Source: the human T2T-CHM13v2.0 reference genome, Homo sapiens
Length of the DNA: 64,000 nucleotides
Reading direction: 5' to 3' (one strand)
Assembly (NCBI RefSeq): GCF_009914755.1
Contig: NC_060927.1
Part shown: positions 44,127 to 59,789 of the stretch, one piece after another
Layout of the letters: every line of letters begins with the position of its first letter
How positions within the stretch are numbered: position 1 is the first letter of the stretch
Program-made: the position numbers and the translations under genes
The notes under the pieces: generated by a model
The model's input: only the letters and a program-made list of their open reading frames with translations
Told to the model about the DNA's origin: nothing
The model's database searches: none

Positions 44127-45489
44127 GTAAATCAGAATTTAACTCAGTTTTCCTGAAGAATTTACTTTATTTTTGCATTTTGAAAACATGTTAAGTAATA
44201 CATTGTTAATAGTATATGAGAATTACTGGTTTTCTGTCGATCCTTTCTAAAGCATTCTTTGATACATTCATTCAGCAAATATCTTTGGTCTACCATATGC
44301 CTTGGTATTACTCTGCTATCTTTTAGGATGAAAAGGGATGCTAGACAGTAATTGGTAAATTAATTCTAAACTCTGTTTGATAACTGTTTCCAGCTACCAG
44401 AGTGAGTTGTGATTTTACATGACATTTATAGCTTTGGGTATAAGTCACAGTACCCTCTTTGGAACTCCAAATTTTCTACTGCCTTTACAGAAAGACTGAA
44501 AGAACTTTATTACGCATATGTAATTTCTAAGAAGTTTGGTCATGATGTGAGCATACAGAATGCTTTAATATCTCAGTTTGGGCAGAATATATTAATCTTC
44601 CTGTCCATGATACTTTTATGAACCTCTGTGAGAGCAGGGAGAAGAAAATCCTCCCTTTTCCTCACTCTTACTTCTCTGCTCAAGCAGACTTATCCAATGT
44701 GAAGGAAAGGAGGCAGTTTGGGCTTCTGCTGATGATAGACTTGAAGAAGGTAAAGGTCTTACACCTTGTATAATATAGTGGTAGGCCTGTCCAAGAAGTT
44801 AGAAGCATTATGTCTAGCAGTGGCTTATTCTCTTCCGTAGATCTCACTGCTTGGGAATTTTGATACATTCCAAGAATTTAACACAATGAAGAACCAGAAA
44901 TGTATATTAAATACTTGGAAATGATATTCTTAATAAGCACTGGTAAAACAGTTAACTTGTCTCTATTTTAGAGATATATCTTTTTCAGTGGCTATAATGC
45001 ATCGTTACATATCAGAATCACTTGGGGACTTAAAAAAAAAAAGAAAGAAACATGGACAATGTCATCCCAAACCAATTAAAGTCATGACTCTAGTGGATGA
45101 GACCTGGACAATTATTCTCATGGATAGCTACTAGGTTAAAAACTCACTTGGCTCATTCCTTCACTTTATGTCAAGTCTACTCAATTGGCCTTTCCTCAGA
45201 ATAATATTCTCTGATTACTAAAACAGTACCCTCCCATGACTCTCTATCCCTTTACCCTACTTATCACCATCTGACATTTTACAGTGTTTCTTTACCATTA
45301 GAATAACAGCTTAATGAGAACAGGGACTTTTTTTCATTGCTGTATCTTCAGTGTGCCTAGAATAGTTCCTGACACACAGGATATTCTTAAATAATATGTA
45401 TATATTTTTATGCTTATTAATAATATGTATAAAATTTCTATGCTTATTATTGTTTATAATAAATCCCATCTGAGATACGTGTTGATTTA

Positions 45490-46596
<1,107 letters not shown>

Positions 46597-47327
46597 CTAT
46601 AATTGCTAAGCCAGTATTAAGAAAAGCTTGAAAGCTACCATATACAACAGAACCCTGAAAGGTAAGGGAATTAATAGTGCCAGGTACCTCCAGAAATGAG
46701 AGTGAAAGTAGGGCTAAAAACAGGAAGATTGGTTGACAATCTTAAGATAGAGTTAGACTCTGGTCCCTCCCCCACTCCATGCTGCACTCCAGGAGATGTC
46801 TGGAGGTTTATTCTGCAGAAGGGTAAAAGAAATGGTCTCTGAACTGAAGGACACCAGGCACAGTTAAACATGGGAATAACTTACTGAAAAGGGCATTTAA
46901 GTAATTGTTTACACATTGAATGTTAAGAATCTATCCATATCACTTCATTCAACTCCTGGAACATAAACATTAAGGCTTATTACCCCATAGACAAGACGTT
47001 GAAAAATCCTTATTTGATCAATCTGACTAGCCTAAGAGGAAAAACAGAAGTATTGACATTGGAGGTGGGAAATGCTCACCCACATCACTCTGCAGTGAAG
47101 CAAACTCCACCCACTTAAAAGCTCAGTGTTTCCAATCAGTGCTTTAGTTCCTTGCTCTTAAATATGAGCATAGATCTAGGATCACAGGATACCTCAGGGA
47201 AACCTCTTAATGTGAAAAATAGAGGTCAAAATAAACAGAAAAAAAGAGAAACTTACAGGAAACAGACTATATAGGAAGATAATTTAAATAAAATCATGAC
47301 TGTCTTTAGAGATAAGAGTTTATATTT

Positions 47328-47628
<301 letters not shown>

Positions 47629-47679
47629 TTACATTCACAAAAAGTGAACATGACACTGTTAAAGAAGCTTTCGTGCCAT

Positions 47680-48945
47680 GACAATTCAGTGAAGACTAAA
47701 GAATCATCATCTTCAAATGGCCTTGGTACAACTGAATATTCACATGCAGAAGAATGAAGTTGGGTCTTTTACTCTCGTCCTACAAAAAATTAACTCAAAA
47801 TGGATTGTTGACCTAAATATAAGAGCTAAAGTTATAATACTGTTGGAAGAAAATATAGCTATAAACCTTTGGGAATTTGAGCTAGGCAAAGCTTCCTTAG
47901 ATATGATACCAAAAATACAAGCAATAAAAGGAAAAAGTAGGTAAATTGATTTTATCAAAAATTAAGACTTTTGTGCTTCAATAGACGCTGGCAAGAAAGT
48001 GAAAAGACAACCTACAGAATGGGAATAATTATTTGCAAATCATATATATGATAAGGGACTTGTATCTAGAATATATAAAGAACTTTTGCAACTCAATAAT
48101 AAAAAGACAACACATTTTTAAAAATGGGCAAAGGATCTGAATAGAAACTTCTTGAAGATACATAAATGGCCAATAAACACATGAAAAGATACTCAGTATT
48201 ATTAGCCATCAGAGAAATGCAAATCAAAATAACAAAGAGATACCACTTCACACCCACTAGGATGGCTATAATCAAAAAGACAGTAACAACTGTTGGTAAA
48301 GATGTGGAGAGATTGGAACACTTCTGCACTGGTGATGGGAATGTGAAATGGTGCAGCCACTTTGGAAAGCAGTCTGGCAGTTCCTCAGAAGCCTAAACAA
48401 CGTCACCAGGTGACCCAGCAGTTCTACTCCTAGGCACACGCCAGAGAATTGAAAACGTAAGTCCACACAAAAATGTGTACGCTGCTCATAGCAGCATTAT
48501 TCGTAATAACCAAAAAGTGTAAACAACCCACATGCTCATCAGCTGATGATTAGATTTATAAAATGTGGTATATTCATGCAGTAGAATATTATTTGACAAT
48601 AAAAAGGAATGAAGTACTGATACATGCTATAGCATGGATGACCCTTTCAAACATTATGCTAGTTTAAAAAGCCCATCACAAAAGACCACATGTTGTGTGA
48701 TTCAATTTATGTGAAATGTTGAAAATAGGCAAATGTAAAGAGACAGAAAGTAGATTAGTGGTAACTTAGGACTGGGGGTTTTGGAGAGAAATGGGCAGTT
48801 ACTGCTAAAGAGTATGGCATGTCTTGTAGGGAGTGATAAAAATGTTCTAAATTTGATGGTAGTGATGGTTGCACAACTTTGAATATACTAAAAATCATTG
48901 AACTGTATACTTTGAGTGGTTCAGTTGTATGGTATATGAATTATA
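47680..48945 (+). mobile_element. L1MB ORF2 C-terminus and 3' UTR
   Basis: ORFs 47717..47944 (KINSKWIVDLN) and 48166..48396 ([31 protein letters not shown]) are L1 ORF2-like. Confidence 0.9.
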
Positions 48946-50535
48946 AGGGAGCTTTTAGAGAACCAGGACCAGTACCAACAAAAAGCTTTTGGAAATTGAA
49001 AACAGAAGAAATGAAAAATTCAATATAAAGGTTGAGGAAATTTCCCAGAAAAGAGTTCAAAAGGCCCAGATATAGATAACAAAAAAGCTGAGATTAGAGG
49101 ACCATTTGAGAAGGTACAGCATTTGAGTAAAGAGAATTCCAGAAAAGGAGAACTGAGAAAAACAGAAGAAAGTAAATCATTGACAAAATAATTCAAGAAA
49201 AATGTCCAAAACTGGATGGTCAGGAATTTCCAGATTGAAAGAGTCTTGAGTACTCAGCACAATTAATGAAAATAGACTAATGCTGACATACATTACCATG
49301 ATAAGTCAGAATACTGGAGGCAAAAAGAAGACTCTGTAGTCTTCCAGGGAGGGGGGAAATGTCACAGACAGGATCAGGAGTCATGATGACCTCAGCAGCA
49401 CTTCTGGAAGCCAAACAATGAGGCAGTTTTCTTCAAAGGTATGAAAGAAAATAATTACTGATGCAGCCTTTTCTTTTTTAACCAAACAATGAATGAAGTG
49501 TGAAGATGGAATCAAGATAAGTTCAGAAATGCATGACTTTAATACATGCTAATAGTGGAGATGGTGCTTAAACTAAAAACAGAAGTCATGTGATCCAGGA
49601 CGCACAATCCTCTGGCTGATGGTAGAATTTGATCTGAAATAGGAGACATGCTGTGAAACCAGTCTAGGATGGAACAGATCAGGAGGTTCTGGTGAGAGTC
49701 TTCTTCAAGAAGATGATACCGACAGAATACCCATTTGAATGTGGTAAAAGGAGTTATAAACAGCTGAGAGAATAAATACTAACTACAGGGGAAATAGAAG
49801 TGGTAATGTATGATAAGGTTCAGCTCTGAATATGATATATATAATCATGTTATGTAAACATTGAATATTGATCTAACCAAAATTATAGTGTATCTTGAGA
49901 AAAGAATAGAGATTTCATAACAGAGTTAAATTTTCATCTTCTATTGTGGGAAGTCCTACAGATAACTCCTAAAACCAAAAAATCAGTGAATAATGATAGG
50001 AACACATGTTCAAGAGATGAATGTCCAAAAAAGATTAGCTAAAATGAGTTGAAAGTGGTTGCCAGTGGAGATGAAGCTGAAGGTTAGGAGGTTGCTGTTT
50101 TTCTTAACAAAACATGCACAGCTCTAGTGCTCTTGAAATCATATGCAAGTATAATTTTGACTTAACAAAAAGAAAAAATAACAGATTTTAAATCTTGGGT
50201 TTATTCATTTTGAGCACCCAAAACCTCTTTTTTTTTTTTCCTTAAATGTCTCAGGACATTTAAAATCAGATTTTACCTGTGATTTTACATAAAAAGGATT
50301 TTGATGTTTGGGCTCAGAGTATAGAAGTACAGCGGTTGTTACTAAAGACAGGTAGTAGAGATTGTCAACAGAGAGCAGGTGATGGTTGGAGGATATGAAT
50401 TTGTATGGGAACATTTATGGGGAAAATGATTATCTACTTAATGGATTGAAGTGATAGAAGAAGAGAGAAATATGGAGTTTTCTACTTAGTAAGCATGAAA
50501 TACCACCATAACCCACTTCTCTTTCTAATGAGCAG

Positions 50536-50658
50536 GTTCGGAGAGTACCAGGTTCCAGTGGGCGTCTTCATAAGACAGAGGATGGAGGCTGGGAGTGGAG
50601 TGATGATGAATTTGATGAAGAAAGTGAGGAAGGGAAAGCAGCAATTTCACAACTCAGG
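50536..50658 (+). CDS. OXSR1: OXSR1 exon 11 (123 nt): [42 protein letters not shown]-motif (S325 codon at 50557) and WEW MO25-binding motif
   Basis: gagcag acceptor, AGG|gtaaat donor; phase 0 to 0. Confidence 0.96.
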
Positions 50659-52134
50659 GTAAATTTTATTAAACTGTGTACTTTAGCTAGAACTTTTTGT
50701 AGTTCTTGTTCAGCTTAACCAGCTAAAATATAAAGAATACAATTGTAACAGGATTTTCTTGAACAGCTTATTAATAATAGGAGCCCAGTTAATTCTGCAT
50801 GGAAAGTTGGACTTAGATATCTGTTTGAATATGATAATATTTAGAGTATATAAAAATGACCCAAATCTACCAAATCTAGAGACGAAAGCTGCAAATGTCT
50901 GAGATGCAAAATACACTGGATAGGATTAATGGCCAATTAGACATTGCAGAAGAAAAGTTAGTGAACTTGAAGGCCCAGCAATGGAAGCTTTTCCCCTGAA
51001 GTCTGTTATCCTTCTACTAAGGAGGAATGGTGTATCTCTTATTCAGTTGGTATATCCTAGATATCTGTCGTGCACACGTGTGTGTGTTTCCTAAAAACAG
51101 TGAAGACAAGAGTCTTCCTTTTGGTTCATTTCATCACTCTTGCCTAAAAGCACTGCCTCAAGTTGTCAGGACTCATTCATTCCTAAGACTGGAAGTGTTT
51201 ATAAGGAAATATAAATGTTTGAGGGTATTATACCTTTGACTGCTTAGGACTGTTTTTGTGGGATGAATAGTGAGTATACTGGTATATTGCTTCCTGCTTT
51301 TAGGATCTGCTTTGGTGAAAGCACTTAAGACTCTCTTGATAAACACTGAATATTTGTTGACCTTGTTTATCTAATGAGGTATTTGAGTCTAGTCCTTCTG
51401 CAGAGCTAAGTTTGTAAAGTCCTTGCCAATGGAAGTTGGCAAAAATCGATTAAGCTCTAAGCTTGGAAACACTGTTTAGAAGGTAAATGCAAATATTCGT
51501 TTACATACAATTGTGAGTTTAAGGTTTCTTTATAAATGTGAGACTATGGCATCCTTTCTTCCTTACTTTTTCATGTGACTCCTGTTTGAATTGATACTCT
51601 CATGTATTGTTATATTAAAGCTACCAGAGGAAGCTAAAGCTGCATGAATTTTATAGTTCTACCTTCCTGTGAAAGGGATGATGATGCTATTTTTCTTCTG
51701 ACTAACAAATATTTGGAGAGATACATTATAGCTTTTCAGTATCTAATTATTACTCTCTAGCTATCTATAGATAAATTTGGTAGTTCTGAAATAGTTATAG
51801 TAGCTTTCTTATAACCTAATACATTGGTATCTAAACAACACAGAAACTTATATACTTTGGCCACAGAATAAGTAGTTTTCTGTCCAGTATTTTTCATGTT
51901 ATCTTTATAGCATTTTTGAGACCATGAATTCTTTTTAAGAACATGAGTCTTTTAAAACTAAATTGAACTATGTTAAGAAAATAATATACCATGACCAAAC
52001 GGGTAGGGTGCAATGATGGTTCAGTATTAGGAAATCTCATAATATTGATAGATCTAAGGAGAAAAATCTTATTTTTATTTTCATAGATTCTGAAAAAGGC
52101 TTTGACAAAATTCCGCCCATATTCATAATGCTCT

Positions 52135-53770
52135 TATGTAGATCCAGATTTCCATCTTTATATTATTTTCCTTATGCCTGAAAAACTTTCCTTAATATTT
52201 TTTGTGTTGTAAGTCTTTTGGTGATGATTTTATGTCTGAAAATGTCTTTGTTTTGAGAATGTGTGTTTGTAGGGTATAGAATTCCAGGTTGACAGGCTTT
52301 TTTCTTTCAGCATTTTAAAGATGTTTCTTCACCATCTTCTTGCTTGCATCTTTCCACTGAGAAATTTTGTGACATTCTTATTCTTGTTCCTTTATAAGTA
52401 ACATGTCTTTTTTCCCTGGCTGCTTTTAAGATTTCCTCTTTACAAATGGTTTTGGAAAATTTGATTGTGATATGCCTAGGTATATTTTTCTTCATGTTTC
52501 TTGTGCTTGGGGTTTGTTGAGCTTCTTGGATCTGTGGGTTTATAGGTTTTTATCAAGTTTGGAAATTTTTCAGCCATTATATTTTCAAACATTTTTTTTC
52601 TGTCCCCCAGTAACATATATATTAGGCAGCTCGAAGTTGTCTCACAGCCCACTGTTTCTCTTAATTTTTTTAAAATTCTTTTTTTCTGTCTATTTTGTGT
52701 AGTTTTTATGGTAGCTTTCAAGTTTATTTATCTTCTGCAATATCTAATCTTCTGCTAATCCCATCCAGTTCCTGTTTCATCTCAGGCATTGTAGTAGTCT
52801 AGAAGTTTAATTTTTTTCCCATCTTCTATGTCTCTACTTAACTTTTTGGAGATATGTAATACAGCTATGATAACTATTTTAACATCCTTCTCTTCTAATT
52901 CTAACATCCATGTCAATTCTGAATTGGTTTTGTTTTGTTAGTTATTCTCTTCATTATGGCTTGAGGAGTATTTTCCTGCCTCTCCACATCTAGTAATCTG
53001 ATTAGATGCCAAACATTGTAATTTTCACCTTATTGCTTGCTGACAATTTTGTATTTCTGTAAGTCTTCTTGAGCTTTGTTCGGGGATACATTAAAGTTAG
53101 TTGGAAATAGTTTAATGCTTTTAGATCTTGCTTTTATGATTTGTTAGTTGGGTCTGTAGTAGTGTTCAGCCTACAGCCATTTATTCCCCATTACTGAGAC
53201 AAGACCTTTTTGAGAACACTACCCAATCACCTGTGAGTTATTAGTTTTTCCAGTCGGGCTGGTGGAAATAGGCACTGTTCCTGGCCCTGTGTGAGTGCTA
53301 TGCACTCTTACCTCTCATCGTTTTTGATGTTTTCCCCCCTATTCTCAGGCATTTCCTCACATGCACTCGTTGATAAGTATTCTGTCAAACATTCAAAAGT
53401 GACCGTCTGCAGCTATCTAGGGTTCACTCTCTTTGTAGCTTTCTCCTTCCTTGTACTGTTTTATCAGCTTAATCTGCCTTGGTCTCCCGGTCTCTTAGCT
53501 CTGTTTCCTCAACTCAGGCAGTTCCTTGGATTTCATCTAGGTTCCACCTCCCTGTGCCACAGCTTGGAAGCTTTCAAGGCAGTATGTAGGGACAAGGCCC
53601 ACCACTTTTTTTCCCTGTCTTCCAGGAATCACTGTTTTTCTTTGCCCAGTGCCCAATGTCTTGAAAATTTTTGCTTCATATATTTTGTCTTTTTTTGCAG
53701 AGGTGGGGTTGTTTCAGGCAGAAAGATAAATCTGGTCCCTGTTTATTCATCATGGCCTGAAGTGGAAGTC
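52135..53770 (-). mobile_element. L1M 5' UTR and ORF1 relic
   Basis: Minus-strand ORFs give L1 ORF1-like peptides (FENIMAEKFPNL; PRHITIKF..KEEILKAAREKRHVTYKG). Confidence 0.85.
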
Positions 53771-53779
53771 TACAATTAT

Positions 53780-55450
53780 ATTTTAAGTGAATGTGTAACT
53801 GTACTGAAGGGGAATATAAAAAGAAAGAATCCAAGTAACCTATGAATATAGTATTTGACTATGTGTTCTCAGGTGGAGTTGATGGGGGAAAGAAAACTTA
53901 AGACAAACCTTGAGCTCCTTTTATTAGGATTATTTTTCATAGTTGTATATGCAAAACAGTTCAGAAACTCTTGTAGGATTGAGGAAATGAGTAAATGTCT
54001 CAATGTTCTTGGGAGCCAAGATTCTCACTATAGAAGAAGATATACGCAGGTACGGAACAGGGCAAAGTGAGAAAGAATCCTGTGGCAATGGGTTTGAATT
54101 GGAGGCATTGGTGTGAATTCAAGCTTTGTAAAGTATGTGTGTGAATGTGTGTGTGCGTGTATGTATATACGTGTGTCTGTACTTGCATATATTTCTCAGC
54201 TTTGTCCACTGAATGGCCTGAAAGCAAAGAAACCCCAATAATGACATGCCTTGTATCCAGATAATGGTCTCTAATACCATTCCCCACTAAAGGGAAGCAG
54301 AGCTCCTTTGAGAAATGGTTGATTCCAGGGCTTGGGCAGGGAAAATATAAGGGGAATCTTGAATATTATGTTCCTTTGCCAGAAGGAAAAGATACTTAAA
54401 AAAAAAAAAAACAACTCATAAGGACACAAGCGCCAGCTCGAAGTTACTCCTACTGGCAAAATCTGGGACAATTTAACCACCAAAATAAAGTGCAATAATT
54501 AATTTTAAACAATTTAGAAAATAGCTATCTATGAGTCTATACCAATAACAAATACATATATAAACAAATGGGGGAAAAGGAATGGTTCTTCATTGCGGTA
54601 GGCTACCAAGTGCTGACCAGTAAATATGGACGAGTGTTGGAGATGGAAAATCATCATTTTACAATCATCGTCGCAAGGATAGGATTAGGCAGGAATCATC
54701 AATGAAGCTAAATATAGGGGGAAGTTTTGATAAGCAGGATATTTTCAAGGTCTTAAAGTGTGCCCCCACATATTACCTATTCACCACAAGGGAAAAAAAT
54801 AAGGTTTTTTTATACTGGAGAAGTAGGAAAATTCCTTGACTAGGTGATTAAAATTAACATCACCAATGAGGGGCAGATGAACGTGGGATACAGTAAGAAG
54901 GACACGTCAGTATGTAGAATTCCAAGTGGGAATTCATGTAAATATAATAATAAGGAAACATTAGATAAACCCCATGTATGTGGTGGGAGTGGAGGGACTG
55001 TATTCTCCAAAAATGTTGATGTTCCAGATTTTAAAAATCTAAGAAACGTGAAAACTACCTGCAATACATGATCCTAGACTGCATTTTATACTGGAGGAAA
55101 AACAAAAGGCTACAAAGGACATTAGTGTTGACATTTACGCTATAAATTAGATAAAAGTATTATATCATGTTAAATTTAATGAGAACTATAGTGTGAAGTT
55201 ATATAAGAAAATATCTCATTCTTAGGAAATGTACACTCTGATTATTAAGTGGTAAACAGCCATGATATATGCAACTTATTCTCAAATGGTGTAGGAAAAA
55301 TATATTTAGAAAGAGAAAGTGAGCACCCAAATGATAAAGCAGATGAGGGGAAAAAAGGTTAATAATAAATGAATTGGGGTAAAGAGTATACTTACGTTCT
55401 TGTATTGTTATTCTAGCACCTTTTCTGTAAGTTTGAAATTATTTACAAAA
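53780..55450 (+). mobile_element. L1MC/MD 3' UTR
   Basis: agaaatggttgattccagggcttgggcagggaaa...; boundaries approximate. Confidence 0.65.
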
Positions 55451-56439
55451 GTTTTTTTTTCTTGTAGTCTGGATGAATTCATTATTTACAAAGTTGTTTG
55501 TTTTTTTTTTTAAAAAAAAGGTTTTGGGTTGGTCACTTACTTGGTATGCTACATTAGCTATTACCTGAACTTTGATTACTCCTTAATGAAATGGTGATAA
55601 AAGTGTTAAAAAAAAAAAACCATCAATTGATCTTTGACATATTCTGACTAAGTCCATCATTGTCAGAATTTACCATAAATTGTTATTCGTTTAGAGGTAA
55701 GTTTTTTGGTAAACTACAGTGCCTGTATCCAGAATTACTGCTAACTTTTATTATTTACCAAATAAACAGCTTAAATTTTCATATGGCAGATTGTAATTGG
55801 TCATTTCCTAATAAATGTGGTTTACACCAGATATTTGAGACCTCACCTCAAGTATCAGTTTATTTCCACTACCTTTATTTTTGCTAGTGGTCCATGCTTT
55901 ATTTTTGGACCACCCGTGTTTCTTTAGATACCAGATTCCCAAATATCCAACACCAAGAATAAGGGTAGTAGACTCTTTACATGCAGCTTTCAGATCATTT
56001 TTGGCTCAAGAGTTTTCTCCATTAAAGCTTGTAAACAGAATTACTCTGCTTTGAGAATGTGTTGGATAATTAGCTTAAAAGTTTAGGTTTGGTCTGGGAT
56101 CTTATATACATAATATGTTCACGATTAGTAGAAAGAATTTTACTTTGGAGAATGTGACAGTCCCATTATGTATGCTTATAAAGCTCACAATTTTAAAATA
56201 CGGAATTTTAAAATTGATAAGTACATTGATGTATTTGTTACAGGCTACCTGGACAAAAAATACAATACTATCATGACAGTTATTTTTTCCAGAAAACTTT
56301 CAGTAGACTTGCTGGTGAGTTAATATATGGATCAGAATTAAATGGAGTTGATTTGCATTTAACATCACTTGCAGTTTGGGACTGACTACAAGTAACCTGA
56401 GTTGTGAGTTAACAATCATCCTTTTTGTATTTCGTTTAG

Positions 56440-56475
56440 TCTCCCCGAGTGAAAGAATCAATATCAAATTCTGAG
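56440..56475 (+). CDS. OXSR1: OXSR1 exon 12 (36-nt micro-exon): SPRVKESISNSE
   Basis: ttcgtttag acceptor, GAG|gtaagt donor; phase 0 to 0; bridges exons 11 and 13. Confidence 0.93.
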
Positions 56476-56700
56476 GTAAGTAATTGTGATTATTGAATCC
56501 TTGTTAAAGTAAATGTGCTTTTGTTTTGGTTTCAATTCGAAGTGCTTTTGTTTGTGCATATGTATGCTTAAATGGGAATGCAACTTTATACCAATCGAAT
56601 TTTAAAAGTTGGCGTAAGGGCTCAGAATGTTCTTCCTTGCCTCTTTGATTTTGTGAATTTTTTATTTTTATTTTTGGCTTGGGCTGCTGGAAGTGAAAAG

Positions 56701-56747
<47 letters not shown>

Positions 56748-57030
56748 TTTTGAGACAGGGTCTTACTCTGTCACCCATGCTGGAGTGCAGTGGTGTGATC
56801 ACGGCTCACTGCAGCCTTGACCTCCTGGGGCTCAAGTGATCCTTCCACCTCAGCCTCCTGGGTAGGTGGAACCACAGGCACACACCACCATGCCTAATTT
56901 TTGTATTTTTTTTAGAGATAGGGTCTCACCATGTTGCCCTGGCTGGTCTCAAGCTCCTGGGCTCAGGCAGTCTCCCTGCCTTGGCCTCCCAAAGTGCTGT
57001 AATTACAGGCATGTGCCAATGTGCCCTGCT
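56701..57030 (-). mobile_element. AluJ with (TTTA)n tail
   Basis: Directly visible; TGAAAAGT on both flanks. Confidence 0.88.
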
Positions 57031-57499
57031 GAAAAGTAGTGTTTTTGCATTAATTTGTTTGCGAATTTGTCAAATGCCACCTGTCCTTTTTGAATTCTTT
57101 CTTTCAGCCTCAGCCTCTTCTCTTGTGAAATAAATTCTATTTTCCGTGGTTACTGTGTCAGTATGATAGGAAATCTTGTTAAACAGATTCTTATTGGGCT
57201 GGTTTTCCCTATTCTCATTACCGGAGAAAGACAATCATTTCTGTGGTCTGTTCTGTCATACAGTCTTATTTCCGGCAGCATCTTCATTCTGAGCTCAGTA
57301 TTTGGTTTTAACACATCTCTTACTCTTAAACCAATTCTATTCTTGCCTCTTTGCTAAAAAGTAACCTTTGTTTTTTCATTTATTTTGTATATAAAGTACA
57401 TTTGTGTATGTGATTATGTACATTTGTTTACATAGAACTGTATTAAGAGTAAAAACAAATACTGTTCCTTCACATATTAACAGGCCGATATCTGTTAAC

Positions 57500-57823
57500 T
57501 TGTATTAGAACTGTTGTTCACTTATATGTGTGGCTCCTCTTCTTGGTAGGGGAATTGCGTTTTCCTGCCCCTTGAAATTACATATGCCATGTCAGTTACT
57601 CTGGCCAGTGGCATGTTAGCAGAAGTGAGAACCACTCATGATTCCCCTTGTCTCCTTATTCCTGCTACCATGACCTGCATTCCTGAGTGAGGATGATACC
57701 GAGCTTGTTAGCCCCCGCTGGCGAGAGATAGACTTGAAGTGTGTCCAATAAACAACTGTTGTTTTAATCCACTGACACTTCAGGATTATTTGTTACTTCT
57801 AATTTAACCTATGTTGACTGATA
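57500..57823 (+). mobile_element. MLT1-family (MaLR) LTR fragment
   Basis: ctggccagtggcatgttagcagaagtga...aataaac..tgttgttttaatccactga..ttgttac..gactgatac. Confidence 0.65.
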
Positions 57824-57964
57824 CTTGATTTCTCAGAAATTGAATGAGAGGCTATTTTACAGATTATCTAGTTTTTATTTTTAGTCTTCTCCTTGTTCCT
57901 TTGCCTAAATATCATCTCCACATGAACTCTTGCATACTCATATTCTCATGCTCATTACTTTGTT

Positions 57965-58335
57965 TTTAAATTTGCGATAAAATTCACATAATGTAAAATT
58001 TACCATCCTAATCATTTTCAAGTATATAGTCCAGTGGTATTAAGTATATTCACACTGTAGTACAACCATCACTACCATCCATCTTCAGAACTATTTTATC
58101 TTCCCATACTAAAACTCTGGCTATTAAACAGTAACTGCATTCTCCCCAGTCGCTGGCAACCACCATTCTATTTTCTGTCTATGAATTTGCCTACTCTAGG
58201 TACCTCATATAAGTGGAATTATACAGTATTTGTCATTTTGTGACCGGCCTATTTCACTTAGCATAATGTTCTCAGGTTCGTCAGTGTTGTAGCATATGTC
58301 AGAATGTCCTTACTTTTTAAGGGTCAGTAATATTC

Positions 58336-58388
<53 letters not shown>

Positions 58389-58660
58389 CATGTACCACAT
58401 TTTATTCATCTGTCAGTGGACACTTGGTTTGCTTCTACCTTTTAGCTGTGGTCAATTATGCCATTGTCAACATAGGTGTACAAGTATCTCTTTGAGACCC
58501 TGCTTTCAATTCTTTGGGGTGTATACCTAGAAGTGGAATTGCTGGGTGTATGGTACTTCTATTTGTAATTTTTTGAGGGACCATCATACTGTTTTCCATA
58601 GAGGCTGCACCATTTTACGTGCTCATCAACGAGGGTTCCAATTTCTGTGCATCCTCTCAT
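57965..58660 (-). mobile_element. L1M 3' end containing (TG)22(CG)3 at 58339-58390
   Basis: Antisense L1 3' motifs; microsatellite directly visible. Confidence 0.85.
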
Positions 58661-59319
58661 TACTTTTAAAAATATATCCTTTCCATCTTTACTATAGATA
58701 AATGTAAGTACATACAATTTGGAAGCTAATAGTCTTTTGAAATAGTATTAATAATTAACATTTTCAAAAGTAGTCTTAAAGGCCTACTTTTTTGTAAAAA
58801 TCTAGAACCAATGAGTAATTTATGACTTCTTATGTATGAAGTTAAATGAACACAAAATTTTATTCCTTGTCTCCTTGATTTTGCTTATGTAATATCACCT
58901 ATTCAGCCTGTACTATTACTCTTTGAATTTTTTCTCTTTCAACTTTACATTTTGGCTATTGCATCGTTTTTTCTCCCCCAGTAACTGCATAATTTTGAAT
59001 ATGTTTAACTTGTTTTTATACTCAGTATCAGTCATTTCCCCCAAACTACATAATTAAAATTTATGAACTATTTCAGACATACAAAATAACATATATAAAA
59101 TATCTTTTTTTAGTTTTAAAGCATCACATTCACTTTTAAAATGCATTTCAGATATGTTAAGGAATTATTGGTTGATTGTCTTTGTAAGAAATACAAAGTC
59201 CTCATGCATGGAAAAATATAGCTTCTGTAATTTTGTATTACATACTTAAATCTGTATTTTGGAGGTGCTGTTTTGCTGGGCAAAGGAATGGAATAGATTT
59301 TGTTAAAGATAAATATAAT

Positions 59320-59612
59320 GCAAACTGAAGACAGACACAAAAGACTATATATTATATGATTCCATTTATATGAAATATCCAGAAAAGCAAATTTATAGAA
59401 ATTAGGATCAGTTGTTGCCTATGGCTGGGTGTGGAAGCAGGAACTAACTATAGGCATGAGAGGACTTTTTGGGGGTGATGGAAGTGTTCTAAAACGATTG
59501 TGGTGATGGTTGCACAATTCTATATATGGTACAAAAATCGCCAAATTGTACAGTTACAGTGGGTAAATGTAGAGAAATATAAATTATACCTCACAGAGTT
59601 GTTAAAAGTTTA
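59320..59612 (+). mobile_element. L1M 3' terminus
   Basis: tatgattccatttatatgaaatatccagaa...gtggtgatggttgcacaa. Confidence 0.8.
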
Positions 59613-59789
59613 AAAGCCTAGAAATATTTGACTTCCGTTTGGAATAGATATATTCGGAGTAGACACAAAACCTGTACACTACCCAAAAACTACTTTGAAA
59701 ATATCACCCTGAAAGGCTGAACTTGCTGTCAGCAGACCTGCCTCCCTTTCCACACAACTTAAGCAACACTGTGTGTGTTTTTGTTACAG

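Noticed and set aside
47717-48396. L1 ORF2-like peptides as a functional gene
   Set aside because: Fragmented by stops and frameshifts; dead element
49383-49461. C/D-box snoRNA-like ATGATGA...CTGA spacing
   Set aside because: No terminal stem, and the sequence reads as decayed L1/HAL1 ORF1
50860-52870. Inverted pair of L1 ORF1 fragments (50860-50990 and ~52700-52830) as an RNA duplex
   Set aside because: Too diverged and short to support stable pairing by eye
53291-53845. Longest ORF (184 aa)
   Set aside because: GTG start, antisense L1 5' region, low-complexity F/S/L composition, no domain
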